Origin: Zestosphaera sp.
GTDB taxonomy: Archaea > Thermoproteota > Thermoprotei_A > Sulfolobales > NBVN01
Direction of reading: 5' to 3'
DNA: 64,000 nt
Assembly (NCBI GenBank): GCA_038727705.1
Contig: JAVYVJ010000001.1
Span: 95,924 to 159,923, forward strand
Shown in pieces: positions 28,344 to 38,692 of this stretch. Both the position numbers and the translations under genes were made by a program. The notes below the pieces were generated by a model. The model had not been told where the DNA came from and made no database searches. It saw only the letters and a program-made list of their open reading frames with translations. Numbering within the stretch: the stretch's first letter is position 1; every line of letters begins with the position of its first letter.

Positions 28344-28360
28344 GGTGTGGTTGGCCGGGG

Positions 28361-28957
28361 ATGAGCCTAGAAAGTCTTAGGGAGGAGGTTTTGAGGAAGG
28401 CAAGGGCTAAGGCCGAGGGCCTGCTGAGGAGCGCTGAGGCCGAGGCCAGGAAGATCTTGGAGGAAGCTACTAGGGAGTACGCGGAACGGGTTAATGCTGC
28501 TAGGGAGGCTGAGCTGAGGGAGTTGCGGGACGAGCTGTCTAAGAAAGTCAGCGAGGAGTCGATGAAGCTCAATATGGAGTTGCTTGAGTTCAAGAATAAG
28601 TTGGTTGAGGACTTAATTCGCGATGCCTTGGAAAGGCTTGCATTGATCTCTGAAGACGTTAGAAGGAAGTCTCTGAGAACGCTGGTTAGAGAAAGTATTG
28701 AGGAGGGACCGCCCGAGCAGGTGATGAGGTTGATGGTGGTTGAGAGGGATCTACCGCTTGTCAGGGACGTTGTGAAGGAATTAGGCATTGAGGGCAGGGT
28801 TAAGGAGGTCGGGTTGCTGCACCCTAGATACGTGGGGGGCGTGGTCGTGGAGTTCGGCAACGGTTCATTAAGTGTGGACAATACGTATCTGACAAGGCTT
28901 GAGAGAGTCACCCCCTACCTCTACAGGAGGTTGAGGGGGGAGATCTTCGGAGGCTAG
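28361..28957 (+). CDS. atpE: A-type ATP synthase subunit E
   Basis: About 198 aa. It has a long N-terminal charged helix (LREEVLRKARAKAEGLLRSAEAEARKILEEA) and a globular C-terminal domain. Assigned by operon position. Start is ATG 28361. Confidence 0.7.
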   Translation: MSLESLREEVLRKARAKAEGLLRSAEAEARKILEEATREYAERVNAAREAELRELRDELSKKVSEESMKLNMELLEFKNKLVEDLIRDALERLALISEDVRRKSLRTLVRESIEEGPPEQVMRLMVVERDLPLVRDVVKELGIEGRVKEVGLLHPRYVGGVVVEFGNGSLSVDNTYLTRLERVTPYLYRRLRGEIFGG

Positions 28958-28961
28958 CGCT

Positions 28962-29933
28962 GTGTTTCGGACGGTCAATGATGAAGTTTTCTTCAATCAT
29001 GTGGAGCTACGCCTGCATAAGACCCTAAGCCCGAGTCTGGTGGGCAGGCTCAGCGATCTCGTGGCACGCACCTTCACGGACTTTCTGGCGTCCCTGCAGG
29101 ATCTCGACATCAGCTCGTGCATGGCTAGGGAAATTCACGGCGAATCCCCCCTACCGCGTCCGACCATCTACAGCAGGTTACTTAGATGTTGGGAGGGGTT
29201 TGTGAGGGATGAGATCCGCCTGATCAAGCCTTCAGACAGCGTGTCGAGGCTGATCAACCTTCACGTAGGCAGGTACGTCTTGAACGATCTTGCAGGGGTC
29301 CTGAGCGCCGGCAGTGAGGATGTCGTGTACTTAAGCCCTCAGACCGCCAGGACGTTGAGGGGTGTCGCCGAAGTTGATGGTTTGCTCCCCGTCCTGAGGG
29401 GGTATGTTGGAGCTGACTTCATAGTTAAAACCCTCAGGAAGTACAGGGGTTTTAGAGTTGGTGATTTAGATATCCACAAGCTGGTCGGGGAGCTTATTGA
29501 GTCATACTTTAGGGAGCTTAGAATTGCGCTTGAGGCTCTGGGGGTATCCACCCGTGCTTTGGAGTGTGTAGGTTGTGTTGAGAGGTTTGAGGGTCTTAAG
29601 CATTCCTTGAGGCGTGCTCTGAGGGAGGGGCGTGATTTAGCGAGTGTTCTGACTCCTCTGACACCTACGCAGAGGGGGGTTCTAGCCAATTCCTCCTCGG
29701 ACACGCATGCGCTCGAGTTTCTGCTTGCAGCCTTCCCTACGATCCTGTGCCACAACCTGCTGAGGGCAGCGCCGCCGTCGGCTGAGACCTTGCTTCATTA
29801 CATCCTGCTTAAGGACTGGGAATTGCGGACCTTCTCCCAAGTTATTTACTTGATTACCTCCGGGTATCCGGTCGACGTAATTCAGGAGGAGGTTGCGGGG
29901 TGGGCAAGATTCTATGAGTCGCTTCCCAAGTAG
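28962..29933 (+). CDS. atpC: A-type ATP synthase subunit C (eukaryotic d homolog)
   Basis: 323-aa helical protein between atpE and atpF. It is assigned mainly by conserved operon order, and the sequence looks divergent. Confidence 0.55.
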   Translation: MFRTVNDEVFFNHVELRLHKTLSPSLVGRLSDLVARTFTDFLASLQDLDISSCMAREIHGESPLPRPTIYSRLLRCWEGFVRDEIRLIKPSDSVSRLINLHVGRYVLNDLAGVLSAGSEDVVYLSPQTARTLRGVAEVDGLLPVLRGYVGADFIVKTLRKYRGFRVGDLDIHKLVGELIESYFRELRIALEALGVSTRALECVGCVERFEGLKHSLRRALREGRDLASVLTPLTPTQRGVLANSSSDTHALEFLLAAFPTILCHNLLRAAPPSAETLLHYILLKDWELRTFSQVIYLITSGYPVDVIQEEVAGWARFYESLPK

Positions 29934-30258
29934 GAAGGACGTGGTGGTGGTTGGCGAGCTGAGCTTCCTGGAGGGTTTCAAGCTTGCGGGGGTCAGGAGG
30001 CTTGTGGAGGTCGAGAGCTCGGAGAACGTCAAGCAGAAGCTCGCTGAAATTCTGGCAGGGCTTTACGGGGACCCTTCTGTGGGCGTTATAGTGATTCAGC
30101 AGAGGTTCAGAGATTTAATAATAGATAAGGTGGAGAGAGTGAGCAGGGAGCAGCTGGTGGTCTTCATACCCGGTCTTAAGGAGGTCCCTCAGATAGATGT
30201 GAAGGATTATTACTCACGTATGGTTAAATCGTATTTAGGCGTTAGTGTTGAGGTGTGA
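29914..30258 (+). CDS. atpF: A-type ATP synthase subunit F
   Basis: About 114 aa with VVVVGELSFLEGFKLAGV, typical of subunit F. ATG 29914 overlaps the atpC end. Confidence 0.75.
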   Translation: MSRFPSRKDVVVVGELSFLEGFKLAGVRRLVEVESSENVKQKLAEILAGLYGDPSVGVIVIQQRFRDLIIDKVERVSREQLVVFIPGLKEVPQIDVKDYYSRMVKSYLGVSVEV

Positions 30259-30262
30259 GGGG

Positions 30263-32026
30263 ATGGTTAGAGGCAGGGTGATTAGGGTTTCAGGTCCCTT
30301 AATAGTGGCTGAGGGTATGGAGGGGTCGATGGTCTACGAGGTTGTCTTAGTCGGTGAGGAGAGGCTCATCGGCGAGGTTATAGGGCTGCAGGGCGGCAGA
30401 GCGTTTATTCAGGTCTATGAAGACACGTCGGGGCTTCAGGTGGGGGAGCCTGTGGAGGGCACTGGAGGGCTCCTGTCGGCAGAGCTTGGTCCGGGGATAG
30501 TTGGCAAGGTGTATGACGGTCTTCAAAGACCGCTCTCAGTTATCGGTGAGTTATCGGGCGCTTTCATAGGCAGAGGTGTTAAGCTGCCGGCCCTGCCTAG
30601 GGACGTTAAGTGGGCTTTCAGGAGGTCGAACGTCAGGGCGGGTGATAAGATCCAAAGCGGTGATGTATTAGGTTACGTGCAGGAGACGCCGATACTACAG
30701 CATAAGATCATGGTCCCTCCAGGAGTCTCAGGCGTTTTGAAGGAGATCGTTCAGGACGGGGACTACACTGTTGAGGACTTGATCGCTGTGGTGGACGTGG
30801 GTGGTGGCACAACGAAGGAGGTGAGTCTCATGAGCAGGTGGCCTATACGCAAGCCTAGGCCGTACAGACAGCGTCTAGAGCCTGTGGAACCCCTTATAAC
30901 CGGGACTAGGGTCTTGGATATAATGTTCCCTATAGCTAGGGGCGGTAAGGCGGCAGTGCCTGGAGGTTTCGGAAGCGGCAAGACGGTTTTGATGCACACG
31001 CTAACTAAGTGGAGCAGGACTCAAGTCAACATATTTGTTGGGTGTGGGGAGAGGGGTAACGAGATGGCTGACGCGTTGCACAGCTTCAGGAGGCTGACAG
31101 ACCCGTCTTCAGGTAGACCCCTCTCCGAGAAGGCGGTCTTCATAGCTAACACCTCCAACATGCCTGTGGCCGCCAGGGAGACGAGCGTCTTTCTCGGGGT
31201 TACTATAGGTGAGTACTTCAGGGACATGGGTTACGATGTGCTGATGGTTGCTGACTCGACCTCCCGCTGGGCAGAGGCCATGAGGGAGATAAGCGCCAGG
31301 CTTGAGGAGATGCCCGGTGATGAGGGCTTCCCCGCCTATCTGGGATCCCGCTTGGCCGAGTTCTACGAGAGGGCGGGCAGAGTGGTTACGTTGGGGAGTC
31401 CTGAGAGGTCCGGCTCGTTAACTCTCTTGGGGGCGGTCTCGCCGCCCGGCGCCGACTTCAGCGAGCCCGTAACTACGAACACCCTCAGGTATGTGGGCAC
31501 GTTGCTTGCTTTAGACGTCTCGCTGGCTAACAGGCGGCACTTCCCAGCGATTAATTGGTTGTTGAGTTACTCCCAATATGTTGATACTGTGGCTACCTGG
31601 TGGGAGCGTGAGTTCAGCGGGTGGTTAAGGTTGCGTGGTGAGGCTTTGAGGATCCTGCAGAGGGAGTCGGAGCTCATGGAGTTAGTCAGGCTGGTCGGTC
31701 CTGAGGCTCTTCCCGACTCCGATAAGTTGCTCCTGGACGTGGCTAAGATGATTAGGGAGGACTTTCTACAGCAGAGTGCGTACCACTCGGTGGACGCCTA
31801 CAGCTCCCCCGAGAAGAGTGTTCTAATGCTTGACCTAATAATTAAGTTCTACGAGGGCGCCTCTAAAGCGTTGGGCGACGGCATCCCCTTGAGCAGGGTT
31901 AGGGAGTCCCCCATTATATCCCGTATCGCCAGGATGAAGGAGGTGCGTAATGAGGAGTTTAAAAACTTCTACGAGGCGCTGGTCAGGGATTTGACGAGCT
32001 ACTTTAATTCCTTGAGGGGTGGTTAG
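30263..32026 (+). CDS. atpA: A-type ATP synthase catalytic subunit A
   Basis: 587 aa with Walker [11 protein letters not shown], plus [15 protein letters not shown] and [21 protein letters not shown]. No intein. Confidence 0.95.
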   Translation: MVRGRVIRVSGPLIVAEGMEGSMVYEVVLVGEERLIGEVIGLQGGRAFIQVYEDTSGLQVGEPVEGTGGLLSAELGPGIVGKVYDGLQRPLSVIGELSGAFIGRGVKLPALPRDVKWAFRRSNVRAGDKIQSGDVLGYVQETPILQHKIMVPPGVSGVLKEIVQDGDYTVEDLIAVVDVGGGTTKEVSLMSRWPIRKPRPYRQRLEPVEPLITGTRVLDIMFPIARGGKAAVPGGFGSGKTVLMHTLTKWSRTQVNIFVGCGERGNEMADALHSFRRLTDPSSGRPLSEKAVFIANTSNMPVAARETSVFLGVTIGEYFRDMGYDVLMVADSTSRWAEAMREISARLEEMPGDEGFPAYLGSRLAEFYERAGRVVTLGSPERSGSLTLLGAVSPPGADFSEPVTTNTLRYVGTLLALDVSLANRRHFPAINWLLSYSQYVDTVATWWEREFSGWLRLRGEALRILQRESELMELVRLVGPEALPDSDKLLLDVAKMIREDFLQQSAYHSVDAYSSPEKSVLMLDLIIKFYEGASKALGDGIPLSRVRESPIISRIARMKEVRNEEFKNFYEALVRDLTSYFNSLRGG

Positions 32027-33461
32027 GACGGTTCTCAGGTTGGGTGTTAAGGAGATTAGGAGGGCTTTAAGTGCTAGGGGCTCTCTGCTGATAGTCAAGT
32101 CTGTTGAGGGCATTAAGTACAATGAAGTCGTTGAGGTGATCCTGCCGAACGGTGAGTCGAGGGTGGGCCAAGTCATAGATGTGGGTAGGGATCTCTGCGT
32201 CATCCAGGTGTTCGGTGGGGTCAGTGAGGTTAACGTAGAGGCCATTAAGGTGAGATTTAAGGGGGAGACGCTTAAGATCCCCGTTTCCTTAGACATGTTC
32301 GGGAGGGTCTTCGACGGTCTGGGGAATCCGCTGGATAAGGGCCCCAACATAATACCTGAGGATTGGATGGACGTTAACGGCGCCCCACTGAACCCCGCTA
32401 TGAGGGAGCCGCCGTCGGAATTCATAGAGACCGGCATATCCGCTATAGACGCTCTATTCTCAATCGTAAGGGGCCAGAAGCTGCCCATATTCAGCGGGGC
32501 CGGATTACCCCACAACAGGATAGCTGCCCAGATAGTCAGGCAGGCCTCTGTTAGAGGGAGGGGGGAGAGGTTCGCGGTGGTCTTCGCGGCTATAGGGGTT
32601 ACTCATGAGGAGGCCTACTTCTTCATGGAATCCCTTAAGAGGGCCAAGAACGTGGAGAACGTTGTTTCATTCATTAACACGGCGTCATCACCTGTTATTG
32701 AGAGGATCGCGGTCCCACGCGTAGCCCTAACCACAGCCGAGTTCCTTGCCTGGAGGCATGACATGCATGTGCTGGTGATAATGAGCGATTTAACTAACTA
32801 CTGTGAAGCCTTACGCGAGCTCTCGGCGGCTAGGGAGGAAGTGCCTGGGAGGAGGGGGTATCCGGGTTACATGTACACCGACCTCGCCACCATATATGAG
32901 AGGGCTGGCAAGGTGACTGGCAGGAAGGGCTCGATCACTCAGATGCCCATACTCACGATGCCTGACGACGACATAACCCACCCGATACCTGACTTGACCG
33001 GCTACATAACGGAGGGTCAGATAGTCCTTTCCAGGGACCTGTTCAGGAAGGGGATCTACCCTCCGGTCGACGTCCTGCTCTCGTTGTCGAGGCTGATGAA
33101 GGACGGTATAGGGCCTGGGAAGACTAGGGAGGATCACTACCAGGTCTTCATGCAGTTGATAGCTGCCTACACGGAGGGTCAGTACCTGAGGGAGCTCTCC
33201 GCGATAATTGGTGCTGAGTCCTTAAGCGAGAGGGACAGGAAGTACTTGAGTTTTGCCGATCTCTTCGAGAGGAGGTTCGTTAAGCAGGGTGAGTTCGAGA
33301 GGAGGGATGTGGAGTCCACGCTCAACCTGGCGTGGGAAGTCCTCTCCTCACTACCTGAGGAGGAGTTGAAGCTGGTGAGCGTTGAGAATATTAGGAGGTA
33401 CCACCCGAAGTACAGGTCGCCGGTGAGGGGTAGTGTCGCAACAGATACTCAGGCTGGCTAG
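32019..33461 (+). CDS. atpB: A-type ATP synthase subunit B
   Basis: 480 aa with [47 protein letters not shown] and [12 protein letters not shown]. The GTG start overlaps the atpA stop. Confidence 0.95.
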   Translation: MVRTVLRLGVKEIRRALSARGSLLIVKSVEGIKYNEVVEVILPNGESRVGQVIDVGRDLCVIQVFGGVSEVNVEAIKVRFKGETLKIPVSLDMFGRVFDGLGNPLDKGPNIIPEDWMDVNGAPLNPAMREPPSEFIETGISAIDALFSIVRGQKLPIFSGAGLPHNRIAAQIVRQASVRGRGERFAVVFAAIGVTHEEAYFFMESLKRAKNVENVVSFINTASSPVIERIAVPRVALTTAEFLAWRHDMHVLVIMSDLTNYCEALRELSAAREEVPGRRGYPGYMYTDLATIYERAGKVTGRKGSITQMPILTMPDDDITHPIPDLTGYITEGQIVLSRDLFRKGIYPPVDVLLSLSRLMKDGIGPGKTREDHYQVFMQLIAAYTEGQYLRELSAIIGAESLSERDRKYLSFADLFERRFVKQGEFERRDVESTLNLAWEVLSSLPEEELKLVSVENIRRYHPKYRSPVRGSVATDTQAG

Positions 33462-34068
33462 GCCTACTAAGATAGAGTTCATTAGGCTTAAGCGGAGGCT
33501 GGCCACCGCCCGACGCCTCCATAGAGTGCTTAGGGACAGGCTACTCATACTGACTCAAGAGCTGGTTTCACTGTATAGGGAGGCTATCGAGTACAGGTTG
33601 AAGGTCCATGAAGAGGTCGTGAGGTGTGGTAGGGAGTTCGTGAAGACCACCTCGTACACTCCCCCCTGGGTCGTTGAAGAGTTCACCAGATCCAGAGTAG
33701 TGGACTCTAAGGTGGTTATGGGATCTAGGGTGGTCGCCGGCGTGAGGTTGCCTCTACTGGAGTATGAGGTGGCGGCGGGGAAGTACGACTACAGCGTGTA
33801 CCCCCTCACACTAGAAGACACTAGCAAATGCTATGAAGAGTTGGTGAGGGACGTCCTCAGGCTCGCTGAAGTGGAGATCTCCATGATTGAGGTTGGTAGG
33901 GAGGTTCAGAAGGTGAAGAGGAAGGTGAACGCGTTGGAGAACATCACTATCCCCAGACTCAGAGCCACCATAAGGTACTTAGGTATGAAGTTCGAGGAGA
34001 GGGAGAGGGAGGACAAGGTAAGGAGGAAGAGGATTAAGCGGATACTGGAACACCGAACTCAGCGGTAG
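33433..34068 (+). CDS. atpD: A-type ATP synthase subunit D (central stalk)
   Basis: 211 aa with [27 protein letters not shown] and a C-terminal basic coiled coil. It is the last gene of the operon. Confidence 0.85.
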   Translation: MSQQILRLARPTKIEFIRLKRRLATARRLHRVLRDRLLILTQELVSLYREAIEYRLKVHEEVVRCGREFVKTTSYTPPWVVEEFTRSRVVDSKVVMGSRVVAGVRLPLLEYEVAAGKYDYSVYPLTLEDTSKCYEELVRDVLRLAEVEISMIEVGREVQKVKRKVNALENITIPRLRATIRYLGMKFEEREREDKVRRKRIKRILEHRTQR

Positions 34069-34150
34069 GTGAGGACTTACTGAGGCGTATCAGCGGAGGG
34101 TTTTTCAAAACTCCCTTAATGAGGGAAGTGAGTGTTGAGCCTCAGTAAGC

Positions 34151-34432
34151 TCAGCCGCCCTCCAGCACAGGAGCTATGATAATCTTAATTACGTCGGAGT
34201 TGCCTCCCGATTGTTGCTTCAGTTCGGAGGGCTTGATCCTGCTGAGGTCCTCGTTGTACGGGAGGATTTTAGTACCGGACGCTAGGATTATGACCTGCTC
34301 ATCCTCGTTGATGCAGAATTCTTCACTGCTCGTACATAACTCGTCTAAAATGCTCTTTAAGTCTTTGTTTAAGTCCACGTCACTCAGGCGCACGGTCCTC
34401 TTGGGGATTACTGTAGTGATCTCCAGTTCCAT
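34151..34432 (-). CDS. Small beta-grasp ThiS/MoaD/SAMP-like protein with C-terminal Gly-Gly
   Basis: 93 aa ending ...DVIKIIIAPVLEGG followed directly by the stop (compare the MoaD-type ...PPVSGG terminus). It is divergent from the AOR gene. Confidence 0.6.
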   Translation of the reverse strand: MELEITTVIPKRTVRLSDVDLNKDLKSILDELCTSSEEFCINEDEQVIILASGTKILPYNEDLSRIKPSELKQQSGGNSDVIKIIIAPVLEGG

Positions 34433-34595
34433 GTGGGTCCCTCACACTCAGTCTTGGTTTAGTCGTTATAAAGCACTCTCTCATGGGTGTTCAGCATGAT
34501 GTCCTCGTAGGGCCCTCCTTAACTTCCCAGGATTGCAGGCCCGCATTGGGAAGATTTTTATTGCGGGCGTGGATAATATGCTGGTGTGAAACTGT

Positions 34596-36437
34596 ATGCC
34601 GGATCTTCCAGGATATGCTGGAAATATACTCTACGTTGACTTATCCAACGGTAACGTCCGTGTTGAGAGGCTTGACTCCACGGTTGCTAGGCGTTACTTA
34701 GGGGGTTCGGGTCTTGCAGCACACATAATTAGGGATCGGATGGAACTGCGGAGTGAGCCCTTCAGCGACGGTAACTTCCTGATTATAGCGACCGGGCCTT
34801 TCAACAATCCCCTCATACCTTCCAGTGCCAGAGTGTCGATAGCGACGAGATCCCCGCTGAGTAATGCATGGGGTGAAGCTCATGCAGGAACTCGCTTCGC
34901 CCTCCAGCTTAAGAAGGCGGGCTACGACGCCGTGGTGATTCACGGGAGGTCTGGGGGGCCTGTCTGGCTCAGCATAGAGGATGATAGTGTAGAGCTCAAG
35001 AGCGCTAAGGGCATGTGGGGCAAGAACACCTCCGATGTCTTCAGCGAACTGAATTCGCTGATGGGGAGGGATTCCTGCGCTTTAGCCATAGGTAGGGCTG
35101 GGGAGAACTTAGTGAGGTATGCCAGCATAGTCGCCAGCGACGGTGGCGTGGCCGGCAGGAGCGGCGTCGGGGCTGTGATGGGTTACAAGGGGTTGAAGGC
35201 TGTGGCGGTTAAGGGTAGTAAGGAAGTCCCCATAGCCTACAGGGAGAGGCTGCAGGAATATACCAGGAACCTAGTGGCTAAGATGGTTAGGTCGGCCGGC
35301 GGTCAGCGGCTCAAGAAGTTCGGCACTACTGGGGCGGTCCAGCGGTACTATAAGCTCGGTAACTTACCGATAAAGAACTTCTCTAAGGGTTTGTGGAGCG
35401 ATGAAAGCATTGTGAAGATCAGCGGGGAGTACCTGGCTGAGAAGTACTTGGATAGGCTCGCCCCCTGCTGGGGATGTCCAATAAGCTGTAAGAGGACTTC
35501 AAAGATCAAGGTGGGGTCTTCCCACATAGTGGCTAGGACGCCTGACTACGAGACTGTCGGCATGCTTGGCAGCAACCTACTCATAGATGATACTGAATCA
35601 ATAATACTGGCTAACCACCTCTGCAACGAGTACGGTATCGACACCATATCGCTTGGTGGTGTGTTGGGCTTCGCTTTCGAGGTGTATGAGAAGGGTTTAA
35701 TAACGGACGGCGATACTGGGGGTGTTAGGCTGGCTTTCGGCGATCCTGCAGTCATGCTTGACGCCATAGAGAGGATCGTCAAGAGGGACGGTAGGCTGTG
35801 GTTCCTGCTTGGTGAAGGGGTTAAGAGGGCGTGCGAGGCTATAGGCGGCGACGCCTGCAGGTACGCTCTACACGTCAAAGGGTTGGAGGTACCTGCCCAC
35901 GACGGCAGGGCGTTCTTTGTTCAAGGGCTGAGTTACGCCACCATGAACAGGGGTGCGTGCCACCTAGCCTGGCCTCACAGAGTGGCTCAGGGCTCGGTAT
36001 ATCCTGAGCTGGGGATTAAGGAACCTATAGACCGCTTCCAAGTGGATCAGAGTTGGCATGTTGTTAAAGTGATGCAGGACTACATGGAGGTCTTCGACTC
36101 CCTCGTCATGTGCAAGTATGCTATCTCAGCCAGCGTTGAGGTGAAGGACGTGCTTGATTTGTTGAAGCTAACGACAGGGTGGGAGATTAACGCTGCAGAG
36201 CTGGTTAAGGTGGGTGAGAGGTCCTTCAACCTGAAGAGACTTCTAAACTTGGAGTGGGGGGTAACAGTCAAGGACGACGCTCTACCATCCAGAATGCTCG
36301 AGCCGCTCAGTGAGGGCGGGACGGCGGGCAAGGCACCGAACCTGGCTGAGATGCTGAGGAAGTATTACGAGGTACGTGGCTGGACACCTGACGGCGTGCC
36401 GACCGCTGAAAAGCTGAGGGAGCTTGATTTAATTTAA
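34596..36437 (+). CDS. aor: Aldehyde:ferredoxin oxidoreductase family tungstopterin enzyme
   Basis: 613 aa. The N-terminus reads GYAGNILYVDLSNGNVRVERL...RRYLGGSGLAAHI. A 4Fe-4S cluster motif CWGCPISC is present. The subfamily (AOR/FOR/WOR) is not resolved. Confidence 0.9.
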   Translation: MPDLPGYAGNILYVDLSNGNVRVERLDSTVARRYLGGSGLAAHIIRDRMELRSEPFSDGNFLIIATGPFNNPLIPSSARVSIATRSPLSNAWGEAHAGTRFALQLKKAGYDAVVIHGRSGGPVWLSIEDDSVELKSAKGMWGKNTSDVFSELNSLMGRDSCALAIGRAGENLVRYASIVASDGGVAGRSGVGAVMGYKGLKAVAVKGSKEVPIAYRERLQEYTRNLVAKMVRSAGGQRLKKFGTTGAVQRYYKLGNLPIKNFSKGLWSDESIVKISGEYLAEKYLDRLAPCWGCPISCKRTSKIKVGSSHIVARTPDYETVGMLGSNLLIDDTESIILANHLCNEYGIDTISLGGVLGFAFEVYEKGLITDGDTGGVRLAFGDPAVMLDAIERIVKRDGRLWFLLGEGVKRACEAIGGDACRYALHVKGLEVPAHDGRAFFVQGLSYATMNRGACHLAWPHRVAQGSVYPELGIKEPIDRFQVDQSWHVVKVMQDYMEVFDSLVMCKYAISASVEVKDVLDLLKLTTGWEINAAELVKVGERSFNLKRLLNLEWGVTVKDDALPSRMLEPLSEGGTAGKAPNLAEMLRKYYEVRGWTPDGVPTAEKLRELDLI

Positions 36438-36476
36438 CGTGATTTAAAAGTGCTTCGTGCCTGGATAATCTCAGAG

Positions 36477-36875
36477 CTATTTCTTAGCTTTCCTCTCCCT
36501 TATCTTCTTCTCCTCGCCCGGAGGCACGTATATCCAGACGAACACTAAGTCAGTATCGCCGCCGTTCTCTAACGCATGCTTGACCTGAGGTGGGGCGTAT
36601 ATTAGGTCCCTGGCCTCAGCTATCTCGTAACTACCGTCCTCCCTTACGACTTTAGCCTTTCCGCTTAAGACAATCATGTACTCCTCGCAATTCTCATGCG
36701 CGTGCATAGCCCCCTTCTCGCCAGGCGGGTACGTGGCCACACCTATGGCCGCGTTGATTGAGCCCTCGACAGGATCTATCAATATCTTGCTTACCTTCTT
36801 GGATGGTGGTGGTGCAGGGAACTCCTCAGCTTGATCAAACTTAACTACCCTCACGGTCTTGCCCACTTTATACAC
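36477..36875 (-). CDS. Cupin domain protein
   Basis: 132 aa with the cupin motif GEKGAMHAHENCEEYMIVLSG and a second motif PPQVKHALEN. The start could be GTG 36875 or GTG 36866. Confidence 0.7.
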   Translation of the reverse strand: MYKVGKTVRVVKFDQAEEFPAPPPSKKVSKILIDPVEGSINAAIGVATYPPGEKGAMHAHENCEEYMIVLSGKAKVVREDGSYEIAEARDLIYAPPQVKHALENGGDTDLVFVWIYVPPGEEKKIRERKAKK

Positions 36876-36916
36876 CTCATAAACCTACCGGGGTTCAACA
36901 ATATAAAGTTATGCCT

Positions 36917-36938
36917 CCCTCAACACCGGTGTTGAGGG
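36917..36938. promoter_or_regulatory. Perfect 22-bp palindrome CCCTCAACACCGGTGTTGAGGG between two divergent TATA-like boxes
   Basis: Read directly from the sequence. It is flanked by ACAATATAAAG (cupin side) and TAAATACAATATT (epimerase side). It is a candidate operator for a dimeric regulator. Confidence 0.4.
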
Positions 36939-36993
36939 ATTGTGTAAATACAATATTGAAACTTATTAGGTCCACTGCCCCAGATGTAGTGGG

Positions 36994-37950
36994 GTGTTGT
37001 GCGTGAGTGTTCTAGTTACCGGAGGGTGCGGCTTCCTCGGCCTGCACGTCTTAAAGAGGTTAAGTGATGAAGGTTACGACGTCATCGCTTATGACGTGGC
37101 TACAGTACAGCCAGACGTGCTCAGGCGGTTCTACAAGGCCGACCTCAATAAGATTAGGTTTGTTAGGGGTGACTTGCTTGACGTCCCCAGAGTGTTGGAG
37201 ACCGTTAGGAAGCTTGACGTTAAACACATGGTTCACCTGGCCACCATGCTGACGAAGGATTCTGAAGACAACCCGCCTAAGGCCTTTAAAGTTAATGTTG
37301 AGGGGACGCTTAACCTGCTCGAGATCTCGAGGGTGATGGATGTTGAGAAACTCGTCTACGCGAGCTCTGAGGCCGTGTACGGCGTTACTGGCGAGGCGCC
37401 CGTGCATGAGGACCACCCTAAGAGACCTAACTCCGTGTACGGTATCACTAAACTGACGTCGGAGTTCATGGGCCTCAAGTACAGTGAACTTTACGGGCTG
37501 GACTTCATCGCTTTGAGGTTCCCGATGATCTACGGTCCGGGGATTTATGGGGGAGGCACTCGACTGATTAACTACATTATTGAATCTGCCGTGAAGGGGG
37601 AGGCGGCTACCATCCCGTTTACTGAAAGTATGAGGGTGGAGCCGTTGCATGTGGCCGATGCCGCCAATTCCGTGTATCTGGCGCTTAAGGCCAGGAGGCC
37701 GGCTGGTAAGGTGTACAACATAGGTATTGGCACGATATGCACCCTCAGAGAAGTCTTGGAGACCATCAAGTCCCTCTACCCCAACACCAGCGTTTCCTTC
37801 GGGGACATGCCCGGCCACCTGATCTACCCAGTTCAAGGACCCCTGGTGATTGAAAGAGCCCGGACTGAACTCAATTTCACGCCTAGGTATGACCTGATTA
37901 GCGGTGTGAAGAACTACGTGGAGGTCACATCTAGAGGCAGTGTTGAGTGA
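36994..37950 (+). CDS. NAD-dependent epimerase/dehydratase (extended SDR, UDP-glucose 4-epimerase-like)
   Basis: 318 aa with VLVTGGCGFLG (GxxGxxG), ASSEAVYG and YGITK (YxxxK). Confidence 0.8.
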   Translation: MLCVSVLVTGGCGFLGLHVLKRLSDEGYDVIAYDVATVQPDVLRRFYKADLNKIRFVRGDLLDVPRVLETVRKLDVKHMVHLATMLTKDSEDNPPKAFKVNVEGTLNLLEISRVMDVEKLVYASSEAVYGVTGEAPVHEDHPKRPNSVYGITKLTSEFMGLKYSELYGLDFIALRFPMIYGPGIYGGGTRLINYIIESAVKGEAATIPFTESMRVEPLHVADAANSVYLALKARRPAGKVYNIGIGTICTLREVLETIKSLYPNTSVSFGDMPGHLIYPVQGPLVIERARTELNFTPRYDLISGVKNYVEVTSRGSVE

Positions 37951-38002
37951 TACGCTAGAGCTATTCAGTTATACATTACCAGTTAAAAGGTCTGTAGGTT
38001 CT

Positions 38003-38692
38003 TTACTTCACGTCAGGAACATAGCTAGTGCGTTTCGTTATCGTGTCTAAAACCGCTTTGACATCGCTACATCGGATCTGACCTAAGGCTGTCGGGGTCT
38101 CTATGCAGCAGAACAGTATTTTCGAACCTAGCAACGTGAACGCTATCCTCTCTTGCGGGTTAGTGCTCATGGGCATCACGGCGACGTTGTCCCCCAGCTC
38201 CAGCAGGGATGTGAGGAAGGTCTTATATCCCGGGAACGGGACTGTGACCACCTTAACTATTAAAGCCTTATCCAGGTACTTCCTCGCCCTCCCACGCAAT
38301 CCTTCGGCGTCTATCGGGTGTGAGGAATCGATTATGTGATGTGAGACTATCTTGCCTTCGTAGTTGACTTCATTGCCGTGTTTCTCTATGAAGAGCATTT
38401 CAACGTCGTAAAGCATTCCGAGGTCGTCAAGCCTATTCAGCAACTTGAGCTTGACCTCATCGGCGTGCTTCTTAGCCCCGCCCTCGGCAACGTCTCTCAG
38501 CGTGATCAAAACCTTGTCACTCCTCAATCCCTCATAATCTAATGCTAGAGGATCATCCATGTAGTCAACCCTAAGCTCGACGAGATCAACTATATCAACT
38601 ACCTCACGCATCCTCTCGACGTCCTTAGCACTCCTCACGGGTAACGCCGCTATGAGAAGAGGCTTCACAACCTTTCTGGAGATGGTCTGCAC
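38003..38692 (-). CDS. aroD: 3-dehydroquinate dehydratase, type I (probable)
   Basis: 229 aa with ELRVDY, IVSHHIIDSSHP (His region), IVKVVT (Schiff-base Lys region) and RIAFTLLGSKILFC, following the type I DHQase pattern. No other aro genes are nearby. Confidence 0.6.
   Translation of the reverse strand: MQTISRKVVKPLLIAALPVRSAKDVERMREVVDIVDLVELRVDYMDDPLALDYEGLRSDKVLITLRDVAEGGAKKHADEVKLKLLNRLDDLGMLYDVEMLFIEKHGNEVNYEGKIVSHHIIDSSHPIDAEGLRGRARKYLDKALIVKVVTVPFPGYKTFLTSLLELGDNVAVMPMSTNPQERIAFTLLGSKILFCCIETPTALGQIRCSDVKAVLDTITKRTSYVPDVK

Noticed and set aside
28336-28911. 191-aa Ser/Leu-rich ORF antisense to atpE
   Set aside because: It is the reverse complement of a Glu/Arg/Leu-rich coiled-coil gene, a compositional artefact.
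31835-32515. 226-aa ORF antisense across the atpA/atpB junction
   Set aside because: It is a shadow ORF opposite two unambiguous ATPase genes, with S/P/T/L-rich low-information sequence.
37060-37836. 258-aa ORF antisense to the epimerase gene
   Set aside because: It lies entirely inside a CDS that has clear SDR motifs on the other strand. Its R/H/G/V-rich composition, with no motifs, is typical of a shadow frame in GC-biased codon usage.
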